Assembly: GCA_012519705.1 (NCBI GenBank)
Contig: JAAYPR010000051.1
Location: 423-64,422, forward strand
DNA length: 64,000 nucleotides
Direction: 5' to 3'
DNA from: Campylobacteraceae bacterium
Lineage (GTDB): Bacteria; Campylobacterota; Campylobacteria; Campylobacterales; Campylobacteraceae
Part shown: positions 1-11,316 of the stretch, piece by piece
How positions within the stretch are numbered: the stretch's first letter is position 1
How the letters are laid out: the number at the start of each line of letters is the position of its first letter
The notes under the pieces: model-generated
Told to the model about the DNA's origin: nothing
Databases searched by the model: none
The model's input: the letters and a program-made list of their open reading frames with translations, nothing else
Program-made: the position numbers and the translations under genes

Positions 1-398
1 CCAGAGGTTGTCACATCTTCTATGATGATGACTTTTTGCTTGCCTGTTAAATTATCGCCTATAAATGCCCCTTTATCGCCGTGGTCTTTTAACTCTTTTC
101 TGTTTGATGAGTACTTTACTTTTTTACCATAAAGCTCATATATCGCCATACTTGTAGCAACTGCTAGGGGAATTCCTTTATATGATGGACCAAAGAGCGT
201 ATCAAACTCAAGACCAAAGTTTTCCTTTATTGCTTTTGCGTAAAATTTGGATAGTTCCATTAGCTGAAAGCCGTTATTATAACACCCTGCGTTCATAAAA
301 AACGGCGAAACTCTGCCACTTTTTAGGATAAACTCACCAAATCTTAAAGCCTTGTTTTCTAGCATAAACTCAATAAACTCTTTTTTATACTGCTCCAT
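1..398 (-). CDS. pyrE: Orotate phosphoribosyltransferase (3' end truncated by window edge; not in ORF track)
   Basis: Manual translation from ATG at 398: MEQYKKEFIEFMLENKALRFGEFILKSGRVSPFFMNAG...LFGPSYKGIP...VIIIEDVTTSG (PRPP-binding motif); purine-rich RBS (AGGGAGG) upstream; follows pyrF. Confidence 0.93.
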   Translation of the reverse strand, partial: MEQYKKEFIEFMLENKALRFGEFILKSGRVSPFFMNAGCYNNGFQLMELSKFYAKAIKENFGLEFDTLFGPSYKGIPLAVATSMAIYELYGKKVKYSSNRKELKDHGDKGAFIGDNLTGKQKVIIIEDVTTS

Positions 399-413
399 CA
401 CTAAATTCCTCCC

Positions 414-2786
<2,373 letters not shown>

Positions 2787-2811
2787 ATAAATGACGCTAT
2801 GTTACCTAAAT

Positions 2812-3960
2812 TTACCTAAATTTATCTACATAAAACATCCAAATAAACAAAATCAAACTAAACGCAAAGCTCATTCCAAATGCAGAAACTCCAGGCTCAA
2901 GCCCAAAAATAGTTTGAATGATTTTAGCGATATATGGGTTTAAAAACTGCCCTAGATACAAGGATGTGCTCATCATCCCCATCGCAACTGCCATGTTTGG
3001 TTTGCTTACTTTTAGCCCAACAGATGACATCATAAACGGCATCATAAAGCCTTGAGCAAGTCCCACAAATGTAAGCCCTAAAAAGACGTGAACAAAATTT
3101 GTAGCTAAATACTGTGATAAAAACCCAAGTGCAAAAAATAGTGCAAATAAAAACTTTGCCTTTTTGCCAAGTTTTTGTAAGATAGTTGAAAAAACAATCC
3201 CTACAATGATAACGCAAAGATGCTGATACCCCATCAAAACACCGATATATTTAGGCTCCATTCTCTCAGCCATTACGATAGAAAAATTCGTTGGAAATGA
3301 GTAGAAAACTAGCATAGATAAAAACACACCGATTATAAACGGGTGAATTTGCTTGGTTATCTCTACTTTTGAAATCTCCACGTTTGATTTTTTCCTTAGC
3401 ATTACTCTAGGTAGGAAAAGTAGCACGAAAATAGCTATCACAAGCCCTAGCAAGTAGATATAAAAGCTATAGTTCCATGAAATCGCCGCTAAATACGCCG
3501 AAAGCGGTGCCGCGATAAGCCCCATAAAACTTGAAACCGATGATGAGTAGCCAAGAAGTTTAACTTTTTCTTTATCATCGTAAAGATAAGCGATTAGTGC
3601 GGTTGAGAGTGGCTGGATAAGCCCAACTCCAAGTCCTAAAACGCCCCTTAAAGCTAAAATCACATAGATATTATCCACAAAAGCAGCCCCAACTCCGCCG
3701 ATGACATAAAGTGTAAGACCAAGCATAGCTAAATCTTTAGTGTTAAAAAATTTAGCCAAATAGCTAAAGAAAAATGTGCTAAAAATGATGAAAATGCTAT
3801 GAACTGAGACTATTTGAGAGATTAAAATCGTATCATGACCGCTAAAATGTCTCGCTATCATCCCTAACGCTGGGGCGATAGCCGCTGCTGCCATCACAGT
3901 AGTAAGTGAAAGTGAAAGAACCGTTATGGTTGCCATTTTTGAGACGCTGTTACTGCTCAT
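2812..3960 (-). CDS. MFS transporter
   Basis: About 12 hydrophobic segments; MFS-like LRGVLGLGVG segment; GGAG RBS before ATG. Confidence 0.85.
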   Translation of the reverse strand: MSSNSVSKMATITVLSLSLTTVMAAAAIAPALGMIARHFSGHDTILISQIVSVHSIFIIFSTFFFSYLAKFFNTKDLAMLGLTLYVIGGVGAAFVDNIYVILALRGVLGLGVGLIQPLSTALIAYLYDDKEKVKLLGYSSSVSSFMGLIAAPLSAYLAAISWNYSFYIYLLGLVIAIFVLLFLPRVMLRKKSNVEISKVEITKQIHPFIIGVFLSMLVFYSFPTNFSIVMAERMEPKYIGVLMGYQHLCVIIVGIVFSTILQKLGKKAKFLFALFFALGFLSQYLATNFVHVFLGLTFVGLAQGFMMPFMMSSVGLKVSKPNMAVAMGMMSTSLYLGQFLNPYIAKIIQTIFGLEPGVSAFGMSFAFSLILFIWMFYVDKFR

Positions 3961-4148
3961 AAGTAGCTCCCATGTCTAGTAAAAAACTTTTTTCCATAAT
4001 AATCCTTCTATTTTTTATTTATAAAATTATATCTTAATAATAAATTTATTTTTAAATTAAAGTAAAACAAAGTTAAATTTCATCAACTTTTGTGTATAAT
4101 AAGAGTCCACAAACGCTAGGCTAGCGTAGATTATTTTTAGGAAATCTT

Positions 4149-5210
4149 ATGAGAATTTCAGTTTTACCAGTTGTTTCAGGACTTATCATAGGCGTTATCG
4201 CTTCGCTTCTTATGTATCTTGGAAACCCAGGAAATATGGGTTTTTGCGGTGCGTGCTTTCTAAGAGATATAAGCGGTGCGTTAGGGCTTCATAGAGCGGC
4301 TATCGTTCAGTATCTAAGACCTGAGATTATAGGGCTTGTGCTTGGTGCTTTTGCTTCAGCACTTTTGTTTAAAGAGTTTCGTCCGCGTGGTGGTTCGTCG
4401 CCTTTGATGAGATTTTTCTTAGGTATGTTTGCAACCATTGGGGCGTTAGTGTTTTTAGGTTGTCCGTGGAGGGCGTGGATAAGGCTAGGTAGTGGGGATT
4501 TAACCGCTATTGCTGGGCTTTTAGGGCTTTTTACAGGCGTATTTGTAGCTATACAGTTTCTAAAAAGAGGCTATAGCCTTGGAAGAAGTAGAAGCGTGAG
4601 CAAATTTGAAGGCTTACTAATGCCTATTTTTATGGCTGTTTTACTTTTCTTTCTTTTAACAAAGTTTAGCTTTGCCGAAAATGGAGCTATTTTCTTCTCG
4701 CAAAAAGGTCCAGGAAGTATGCATGCAAGCGTGGCTATATCGCTAGGTGCTGGACTAATCATAGGGGTTTTAATCCAAAGATCAAGATTTTGCACGATAG
4801 CTGCCTTTAGAGATACAGTTTTGTTTAGAGATACTCACTTGCTTCAAGGAGTTTTAGCTCTATTTGTTGGGGTTTTAGTTACAAATTTAGTCCTAGGACA
4901 GATAAATGTGGGCTTTGTTAATCAACCAGTCGCTCACAATGACGCGGTTTGGAACTTCCTTGGTATGATGTTAAGCGGTATGGCGTTTGCCTTAGCAGGA
5001 GGGTGCCCAGGAAGACAGCTAACTCTAAGTAGCGAAGGCGACGCGGACGCTGGGGTGTTTATTTTCGGGATGATAGTTGGGGCTGCTGTTGCTCATAACT
5101 TCTCACTTGCTTCAAGTGGAGCAGGGATTGGGGCGTATGGTGCACATGCGACTATTATAGGGCTAATTTTTTGTTTGGTTTTAGGCTTTTGTGCTAGAGT
5201 TAAGGAGTAA
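4149..5210 (+). CDS. yedE: YedE-family putative selenium/sulfur transporter
   Basis: GNPGNMGFCGACF, GCPWR, RSRFC and GGCPGRQ motifs of YeeE/YedE proteins; next to a TusA-like gene. Confidence 0.88.
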   Translation: MRISVLPVVSGLIIGVIASLLMYLGNPGNMGFCGACFLRDISGALGLHRAAIVQYLRPEIIGLVLGAFASALLFKEFRPRGGSSPLMRFFLGMFATIGALVFLGCPWRAWIRLGSGDLTAIAGLLGLFTGVFVAIQFLKRGYSLGRSRSVSKFEGLLMPIFMAVLLFFLLTKFSFAENGAIFFSQKGPGSMHASVAISLGAGLIIGVLIQRSRFCTIAAFRDTVLFRDTHLLQGVLALFVGVLVTNLVLGQINVGFVNQPVAHNDAVWNFLGMMLSGMAFALAGGCPGRQLTLSSEGDADAGVFIFGMIVGAAVAHNFSLASSGAGIGAYGAHATIIGLIFCLVLGFCARVKE

Positions 5211-5213
5211 GAG

Positions 5214-5426
5214 ATGATAAGTGTGGATGCGATAGGACTTTCTTGTCCAGAACCGGTTATTAGGATAAAAAACGCTATTGACACTGGCGAAAAAGAGATA
5301 GAGATAAAAGTTAGCGTTGGAGCTGCTGTTGAAAACACTCAAAGAATGGCAAAAAGCCAAGGGTATGCTCTTGTTAGCAAAGAAGAGAGTAACGGCGTCG
5401 TAACGCTAAGGTTTGAAAAGCCGTGA
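5214..5426 (+). CDS. TusA/SirA-family sulfur/selenium carrier
   Basis: VDAIGLSCPEPVI (CPxP motif), 70 aa. Confidence 0.88.
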   Translation: MISVDAIGLSCPEPVIRIKNAIDTGEKEIEIKVSVGAAVENTQRMAKSQGYALVSKEESNGVVTLRFEKP

Positions 5427-6538
5427 TCTATCTAGACAATGCCGCTACTACTTACCCAAAGCCAGAGTGTGTGAAAAACGCACTTTTAGACTTTATGCAA
5501 AATTGTGGTGCAAATGCTGGCAGAAGCGGTCATGCGATGTCTATAGATAGCGGTAGAGTTGTATTTGAAGCAAGAAAAAGCTTAGCGGATATGCTTGGCA
5601 TCAAGCATCCAATGAATGTAGCCTTTACTTTAAATGCAACTCACGCTCTAAATTTAGCCATCCAAGGCGTTGTTAAAAAGGGCGATGTCGTGGTGACTTC
5701 ACCCTTTGAACATAACTCTGTAAAAAGAGTTTTAAACGCTTATGATGGTATAGAAATAAGAGTTTTGAAAACCGATAAATTTGGACATTTGGTTGACGTT
5801 AAAGAAAGCTTAAAAGGTGCAAATGTTGTTATCCTAGTTCACGCTAATAACGTCTCAGGCATGATACTTCCAGTAGATGAAATTTTTAAACTCGCTAAAG
5901 AAAATGGTGCTACTACCATACTTGACGCTGCTCAAAGTGCTGGGGTTTTGGATATATCTACAAAGTATACTGATATAGTTTGTGCTAGTGGGCATAAGGG
6001 GCTTTATGGCATTCAAGGAACTGGATTTATAGCCTTAAGTGATAAATTTGACATCTCAAAGATAAAACCACTTATGCAAGGCGGTACTGGAAGTAAATCT
6101 GAGCATGAAATTCATCCAAACTTTATGCCTGATATGCTTGAAGCTGGGACTTTAAACGCTCATGGAATCGCTACTGTAAAAGCTGGGATAGAGTTTATAA
6201 ATAGTCTAAAAAAAGATGAGATTATAAACCATGAAAGGGAGCTTAGGGAGTTTCTAAGAAGTGAGCTTTTAAAAATGAGTGAGTTTAAAATTTTAGAAGT
6301 TCCGCCAAGCTATGAAACGATAGGAAATTTAAGCTTTACTCATGAAAGGCTTAGTCCAAGTGAAATTTCTCTTAAGCTTAATGAAAAGGGCTTTTGTGTT
6401 AGAGCCTCACTTCACTGTAACCCAGGCACACATAAGTTTTATGGTACTTCGCCAGATGGGGCAGTTAGGGTAAGTCCGGGGTACTTTACAACCTTAGAAG
6501 AGATGGAAAGTTTGGTTTCTGTTTTGAGAGAAATTTAG
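5423..6538 (+). CDS. Class V aminotransferase, cysteine desulfurase/selenocysteine lyase-like
   Basis: IYLDNAATT, DAAQSAG, SGHKG (PLP Lys), RASLHC catalytic Cys. Confidence 0.9.
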   Translation: MIYLDNAATTYPKPECVKNALLDFMQNCGANAGRSGHAMSIDSGRVVFEARKSLADMLGIKHPMNVAFTLNATHALNLAIQGVVKKGDVVVTSPFEHNSVKRVLNAYDGIEIRVLKTDKFGHLVDVKESLKGANVVILVHANNVSGMILPVDEIFKLAKENGATTILDAAQSAGVLDISTKYTDIVCASGHKGLYGIQGTGFIALSDKFDISKIKPLMQGGTGSKSEHEIHPNFMPDMLEAGTLNAHGIATVKAGIEFINSLKKDEIINHERELREFLRSELLKMSEFKILEVPPSYETIGNLSFTHERLSPSEISLKLNEKGFCVRASLHCNPGTHKFYGTSPDGAVRVSPGYFTTLEEMESLVSVLREI

Positions 6539-6550
6539 CAAAGGATTTAA

Positions 6551-6790
6551 ATGGATAGCGGATATATACTTTTTGCTACAACAGCAGCAGCTTTTATGGT
6601 TGAGAGTGTTTTAAAAGAGAAAAACATAAAAGTTAAGCTAACACCAACGCCTAGGTTTTTATCAAGTGATTGCGGGATAAGTGCTTACTTTTGGGATGTA
6701 GAGCCGAGTTTAGTAAAAGAGCATTTAGAAAAGCTAGATACTTATTTTGAAATCATAGAACACAAAGATGAGAGTTTAGAGAAAAGATAA
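6551..6790 (+). CDS. DUF3343-like small protein
   Basis: LFATT.AAF..E..LK...PTPRFLSSDCG pattern; typical yedE-operon context; AAGGA RBS. Confidence 0.75.
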   Translation: MDSGYILFATTAAAFMVESVLKEKNIKVKLTPTPRFLSSDCGISAYFWDVEPSLVKEHLEKLDTYFEIIEHKDESLEKR

Positions 6791-6805
6791 ACTCTCATCT
6801 TCTTT
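6767..6805 (+). terminator. Intrinsic terminator-like hairpin ending the yedE operon
   Basis: GATGAGAGTTTA (6767-6778) / TAAACTCTCATC (6788-6799) followed by TTCTTT. Confidence 0.55.
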
Positions 6806-6892
6806 AAAATTAAAACTTCTTTTTATTCATTAAAATAACATATTTATAACAAAAAAATCTTTAATTAATACACCCCTTTTTTAAATTCAAAT

Positions 6893-6976
6893 TGATATTA
6901 AAACTCACTTTATATTTAGTTTCATTTAAGAGATATTTATGTATAATCTTTGTATAAATTTTGATTGTAGATATCA
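6893..6976. promoter_or_regulatory. Two weak Fur-box-like sites upstream of the Fur-family gene
   Basis: TGATATTAAAACTCA (6893-6907) and TGATTGTAGATATCA (6962-6976) vs the 7-1-7 consensus TGATAATNATTATCA; AT-rich background lowers specificity. Confidence 0.35.
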
Positions 6977-6999
6977 ATATATAAAAGCTATATAAAATA

Positions 7000-7461
7000 A
7001 TGAAAATTAAAACGAGTGAATTTAAAATGGAAGATAAAAATAGAACTTTTAACAAATTTATAAACATTGTCTTTGGAGAAGGCAAGAAAACATCCATCCC
7101 ACGCTATGAAGTTGCAAAAATTCTTTTTTACAACAAACATCTTAGTGTTAATGAAATTCAAGCTCTCTATGAAAAAACGCAAAAAACACCCATTAGCCAA
7201 AGCACTATTTATCAAGTTATAAACCTGCTTGAAGAGTGTAGCTTCATAAAAAGTATGGATATAAATGGAGTTATCAAGTATGAGCTTGACGCAGGACTTA
7301 GGCATGACCATTTATACTGTACGGAGTGTGGGAAGATAGTTGAGTTTATGGATGAAAAAATTATAGAAATAGAACAAAATATTGCAAAAGAACACGGGTT
7401 TAACCTTAGTGGGCATATCTTGCTATTAGAAGGGATTTGTAAAAAATGTCAATCACAATAA
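7000..7461 (+). CDS. Fur-family transcriptional regulator (alternative start 7027)
   Basis: SQSTIYQVINLLEE HTH, RHDHLYCTECG and C-terminal CKKC metal sites. Confidence 0.9.
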   Translation: MKIKTSEFKMEDKNRTFNKFINIVFGEGKKTSIPRYEVAKILFYNKHLSVNEIQALYEKTQKTPISQSTIYQVINLLEECSFIKSMDINGVIKYELDAGLRHDHLYCTECGKIVEFMDEKIIEIEQNIAKEHGFNLSGHILLLEGICKKCQSQ

Positions 7462-9617
7462 AATCAAATATAAAAAACAGAGTTAGGTTAAAATCATCTC
7501 TTTTTCAAGATGGAAATTACGGGGTTTTAGAAGAGCTTTTGAGTGATAAGGTAGTGGCTTTGAGAATGAACTCAGCCTGTAACTCGCTCATTATAAACTA
7601 CGATAGTAGCGTTGTAAGTTTAGATGAAATTTTAGAAGAGATAAACTTACTTTTTCACACTAAAAAAGAGCAAATTTTAGAAAATATCACCTCAAATAAA
7701 AGCTGTGATATCTGTAGTAGTTGTCACATCGAAAAATATAACCCAAAAAGCTTTAGGCTTAGACTTTTAGAGTTTGGATTTTTAAGCGTTGTAGCGGTTG
7801 TTGTCTTTGTAAAAGAGCATATTTTAGACACCGCTTTTAGTGTGGCTGGGAATATTTTTCTAGGAAGCGTTAGCGTTATAGCAGCACTCCCGCTTCTAAA
7901 TGACGCTAAAAACGACATCGTAAATAAAAAGTTCACACTTGAAACATTTATGTCATTTTCACTTCTACTAGCCATCTTTGGTGGCGAGATAGGTGCGGCG
8001 TTTGAAGTTATCTACATCCTTAGAGCATCAAAACTTTTTGAAGAGTATCTAGCAAATAAATCAAGAACCGAGATAAAAAACCTTATCAAAATGGAGAAGA
8101 AAAAACTCTTTGTTTTAAGAGATGAGATTGAAATTGAGATAGATTTAGAAGATGTTGCTAAGGGCGACACGGCTGTTTTTGTAAGCGGGGAGCAAATCCC
8201 AGTAGATGGGGTTATCATAAAAGGTGATGCACTAATAAATGAGTCCATTATAAACGGACACAGCCAAGCGATTCATAAGAAAAAAGATGATGAGGTTTTT
8301 GCAAACACCATAGTTGAAGAGGGGAGAATTTATGTTAAAGTTTTAGCCGTTGGCGATGAAACTTATATCTCAAGAGTTGTAAATGATGTTGAAAAATATC
8401 TTAGTTTAAAATCCCCAAGCGAAGTTATGGCAGACCAGCTTGCTAGAAAAGTTCTAAGACTTGGGACATTTTTAACTATCTCTACGCTTTTACTAACTGG
8501 CTCTTTTGCAAATGCTTTTAGTGTTATGATAGTGATGAGTTGCCCGTGTGCTACGATTTTAGCGGCAAGTTCGGCAGTTAGTTCAGCTATAGCAAGTGCA
8601 GCTAAGAGTGGTATTTTAATCAAAGGCGGGGAGTATTTAGAAAACGTAAGCAAGGCTGATGTGTTTTGCTTTGACAAAACAGGAACTTTAACGACTACAG
8701 AGCCGCAAGTTGTAGGGCATTATACAAATTTAAAAGAAGATGAGTTTTTGCAAGTTTTAGCAAATTTAGAGCACAAAAACACTCATCCGATAGCAAAAGC
8801 TATCTTAAAATACTGCGATGATTTGGGTTATACGCCAAAAGATGACGCTCTTGTATGTAACATCATAGGACTTGGTGTTGAGTGCGGTATTGATGGAAAC
8901 AGCTACTCTTTAGGAAGCAAGAAATTTATCCAAGATTTAGGCGTCAAAGTTCCAGCAAACTCGAAATTTATAAAAGAAAACTCTCATAACACCGTAGTCT
9001 ATCTAGCTAAAAACTCAAAATTTGCAGGAGCTGTCTCTATCATCCATAAAGTTAGAGATGGTAGTAAAGAGGCTATTTTAGAGCTTAAAAAACGCGGTGT
9101 TAAAAAGATAGTTTTACTAACTGGCGATGATGAAAAAGTAGCAAATGAGTTTGCAAAAGAGTTTGAATTTGACGCTGTTTATCCAAACCTTATGCCTGAT
9201 GAAAAAGCAAAAATCGTTGAAGAGCTTTCAAAAGAGTCGCGTGTCGTGATGATAGGGGACGGCGTAAATGACACCTTAGCTATGAGTAAAGCTGATATAG
9301 GGATCTCTTTTGCAAGTGGTGGAAGTAAGGCGGCCGTTCAAGTCTCAAATATAGCTATAACAAACTCAGACCCACTAGACATCGTAAGGCTTTATGATTT
9401 AAGCCAGTTTGCTCTAAAAGTGGCTAATCAAAACTACCATATAGGAACATCTACAAATATAATCGGTTCTATTTTAGCGTTCTTTGGTAGGATCACGCCA
9501 GCTGGGGCAGGGCTTGTTCATATAGGGCATACATCGCTTATTTTAGGTAACTCAAGTAGGGTAAAAATAGATGATAAAACCTATGAAATAGAAGACATCA
9601 AAGAAGAAAAAGCATAA
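7446..9617 (+). CDS. Heavy-metal P1B-type ATPase with SCPC motif (candidate FezH-like second ATPase)
   Basis: N-terminal HMA-like domain, CDICSSCH linker, MSCPC in TM4, DKTGT, HPIAK, GDGVND, C-terminal VHIGHT. Confidence 0.88.
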   Translation: MSITIKSNIKNRVRLKSSLFQDGNYGVLEELLSDKVVALRMNSACNSLIINYDSSVVSLDEILEEINLLFHTKKEQILENITSNKSCDICSSCHIEKYNPKSFRLRLLEFGFLSVVAVVVFVKEHILDTAFSVAGNIFLGSVSVIAALPLLNDAKNDIVNKKFTLETFMSFSLLLAIFGGEIGAAFEVIYILRASKLFEEYLANKSRTEIKNLIKMEKKKLFVLRDEIEIEIDLEDVAKGDTAVFVSGEQIPVDGVIIKGDALINESIINGHSQAIHKKKDDEVFANTIVEEGRIYVKVLAVGDETYISRVVNDVEKYLSLKSPSEVMADQLARKVLRLGTFLTISTLLLTGSFANAFSVMIVMSCPCATILAASSAVSSAIASAAKSGILIKGGEYLENVSKADVFCFDKTGTLTTTEPQVVGHYTNLKEDEFLQVLANLEHKNTHPIAKAILKYCDDLGYTPKDDALVCNIIGLGVECGIDGNSYSLGSKKFIQDLGVKVPANSKFIKENSHNTVVYLAKNSKFAGAVSIIHKVRDGSKEAILELKKRGVKKIVLLTGDDEKVANEFAKEFEFDAVYPNLMPDEKAKIVEELSKESRVVMIGDGVNDTLAMSKADIGISFASGGSKAAVQVSNIAITNSDPLDIVRLYDLSQFALKVANQNYHIGTSTNIIGSILAFFGRITPAGAGLVHIGHTSLILGNSSRVKIDDKTYEIEDIKEEKA

Positions 9618-9621
9618 AATA

Positions 9622-9636
9622 TGATAATGAGTTTCA
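9622..9636. promoter_or_regulatory. Fur-box-like site before the internal promoter of the metal cluster
   Basis: TGATAATGAGTTTCA, two mismatches to TGATAATNATTATCA; TATAAT at about 9690-9695 downstream. Confidence 0.55.
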
Positions 9637-9709
9637 AAAGTTTTTAAGTCAAATTTAAAATTTGCTACGTAATAATCGTTCGCGAAATTATAATGAAAGG
9701 ATAAATTTA

Positions 9710-10048
9710 GTGGAAATAACAACCAAAGATGTTTTAAGAGTCATCTCATACTGCTCTTTAATCCATCACATTAACGGCAGGCTTAGAGTAAGAGTTAGCC
9801 CGTCTATAAAAAAAGAACTAAATGGCTTTAGTAAAGCTGAGATAGAAAGTTACGGGCATGAAATCAAGTCAGCCATTGAGAACTTTAGCGGTATAAAAAA
9901 CGTTAAGGTTAATAAAAAAGTCGCCTCTGTTACCATCGAGTATGATAGTGAAATTTTGCCAAAAAGCTTTTGGGATGATTTGCTAAATGGCAAAAACGCA
10001 GATGAGGCGGTTGTGAAATTTAATCAACTTATAAAGGAGAGTGCATGA
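9710..10048 (+). CDS. HMA2-like domain protein (GTG start; ORF-track start 9662 probably too long)
   Basis: AAGGA RBS then GTG at 9710; IHHINGRLRVRV and IKNVKVNKKVASVTIEYD HMA-like pattern without CxxC. Confidence 0.75.
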   Translation: MEITTKDVLRVISYCSLIHHINGRLRVRVSPSIKKELNGFSKAEIESYGHEIKSAIENFSGIKNVKVNKKVASVTIEYDSEILPKSFWDDLLNGKNADEAVVKFNQLIKESA

Positions 10049-10680
10049 GTTTAGGAAAAGCTGTTTCTTACGAAGAAGAAGGGATAGCGATGTATAGTGA
10101 CTTTGCATCTAAATTTGAAAACCCAGTTTTTGGTCAAATTTTAGCGATAAAAGGGGCTGGTTTAAACCTACTAAAAAATGCCAAAGATGTGGAGTTTGAA
10201 GCTAAAAAAGAGGGCTTTGACTTTTCAAATATAAAAGATGAGAAAGATGCTATCTTCACAGCTCTATCTTACGAGATAAGAGGCGAGAAACTATACAGCG
10301 AGTTAGCAGCAAATGAGGAAAATGAGGGTTTAAAAGACCTATATTTTAGAATTTGGGCAACTTCTGTAAATGAATATAAAGAGGCTTTAAAAGGCTCACT
10401 AGAGGGAGCAAAGACAGACAAAGAAAGCCACGAAGATGAAAGTAGCGAGAGCAAGCAATCTCAAAACTATAAATATGACAAACATCTAAATCCAAATGAT
10501 ATGGGTTTAAATCAGCTAAAAAGCTTAAAAGATAGTTTTGATAAGTTTAGCAGTGGAACAGCGACGGTTGATGATGTAAATAGCATACTTCAAAACCCAA
10601 GTTTTTCGTTTGTTTCGGGGGCGTTAGTAGGTGCTTTAGGCGGTGTTTTTATAAATCAAATTTTAAAAAAGGGAGAGTAA
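10045..10680 (+). CDS. Ferritin-like domain protein with C-terminal GxxxG membrane segment
   Basis: Repeated A.SYE..G...Y helices, DLYFRIWATS, C-terminal FVSGALVGALGG. Confidence 0.7.
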   Translation: MSLGKAVSYEEEGIAMYSDFASKFENPVFGQILAIKGAGLNLLKNAKDVEFEAKKEGFDFSNIKDEKDAIFTALSYEIRGEKLYSELAANEENEGLKDLYFRIWATSVNEYKEALKGSLEGAKTDKESHEDESSESKQSQNYKYDKHLNPNDMGLNQLKSLKDSFDKFSSGTATVDDVNSILQNPSFSFVSGALVGALGGVFINQILKKGE

Positions 10681-10684
10681 AATT

Positions 10685-11008
10685 ATGCCAATTCCAGTTT
10701 TTGTAGCAGGTTTAGCAGTAGGTGCAGGGTTAGTTGTAGCTTATAATAACAAAGATAAAATCAAAGAAAGTATTGTAAGCGGAGTTGAAAAAGGAAAAGA
10801 TTTAGCAAGTGATGCTAAAGAAAAAGTTTGCAAAAGTAAAAAAGATGAGTGCCCTGAATGTGTAGAGGCAAAAGAGGCTGAGTGTAAAGAAGTAGAGGCT
10901 AAAACAGAAGCTAAAACTGAATGCAAAGAAGAAGAGCCAAAAGCAGAAACCAAAGCAGAGCCAGCTAAAGCAGAGCCAAAAAGCACTACCAAAAAGGAAG
11001 CTAAATGA
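10685..11008 (+). CDS. Small protein with N-terminal GxxxG helix and Glu/Lys/Cys-rich tail
   Basis: FVAGLAVGAG; tail CKSKKDECPEC...EAEC...TEC; GGAG RBS. Confidence 0.7.
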   Translation: MPIPVFVAGLAVGAGLVVAYNNKDKIKESIVSGVEKGKDLASDAKEKVCKSKKDECPECVEAKEAECKEVEAKTEAKTECKEEEPKAETKAEPAKAEPKSTTKKEAK

Positions 11009-11316
11009 TGTTTAAAACTTCAACTAGCAGACTGCCAACAGATCACTTTATAAGTGGAGCGTTATTTGGCGGTATGAGTGCGGCGGCTTTTGAGTTTTAT
11101 GGTAAAGATAACGACACAGCTACAAAAGTAAAAAATATCTCTAAATTTGCACTTCAAGGTGGCATAGCAGCATATCTTTCAATAAGTGCATCAAACAAGT
11201 TAGTTCAAAGAGATTATCTAAGAGCTGGTGTTGATATAGCTTTGGGTGCTGGACTTATCATAGCAACTGAGAAAATATTAAAAACTAAAAAAGTAGAAGT
11301 AAAAGAGGTAAAATGA
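11005..11316 (+). CDS. Small membrane protein with GxxxG motifs
   Basis: FISGALFGG and ALGAG; start and stop overlap the neighbouring genes. Confidence 0.72.
   Translation: MMFKTSTSRLPTDHFISGALFGGMSAAAFEFYGKDNDTATKVKNISKFALQGGIAAYLSISASNKLVQRDYLRAGVDIALGAGLIIATEKILKTKKVEVKEVK

Noticed and set aside
4149-6790. Possible additional selenoproteins in the yedE module
   Set aside because: All redox-motif positions are TGT/TGC codons; no in-frame TGA with a downstream hairpin
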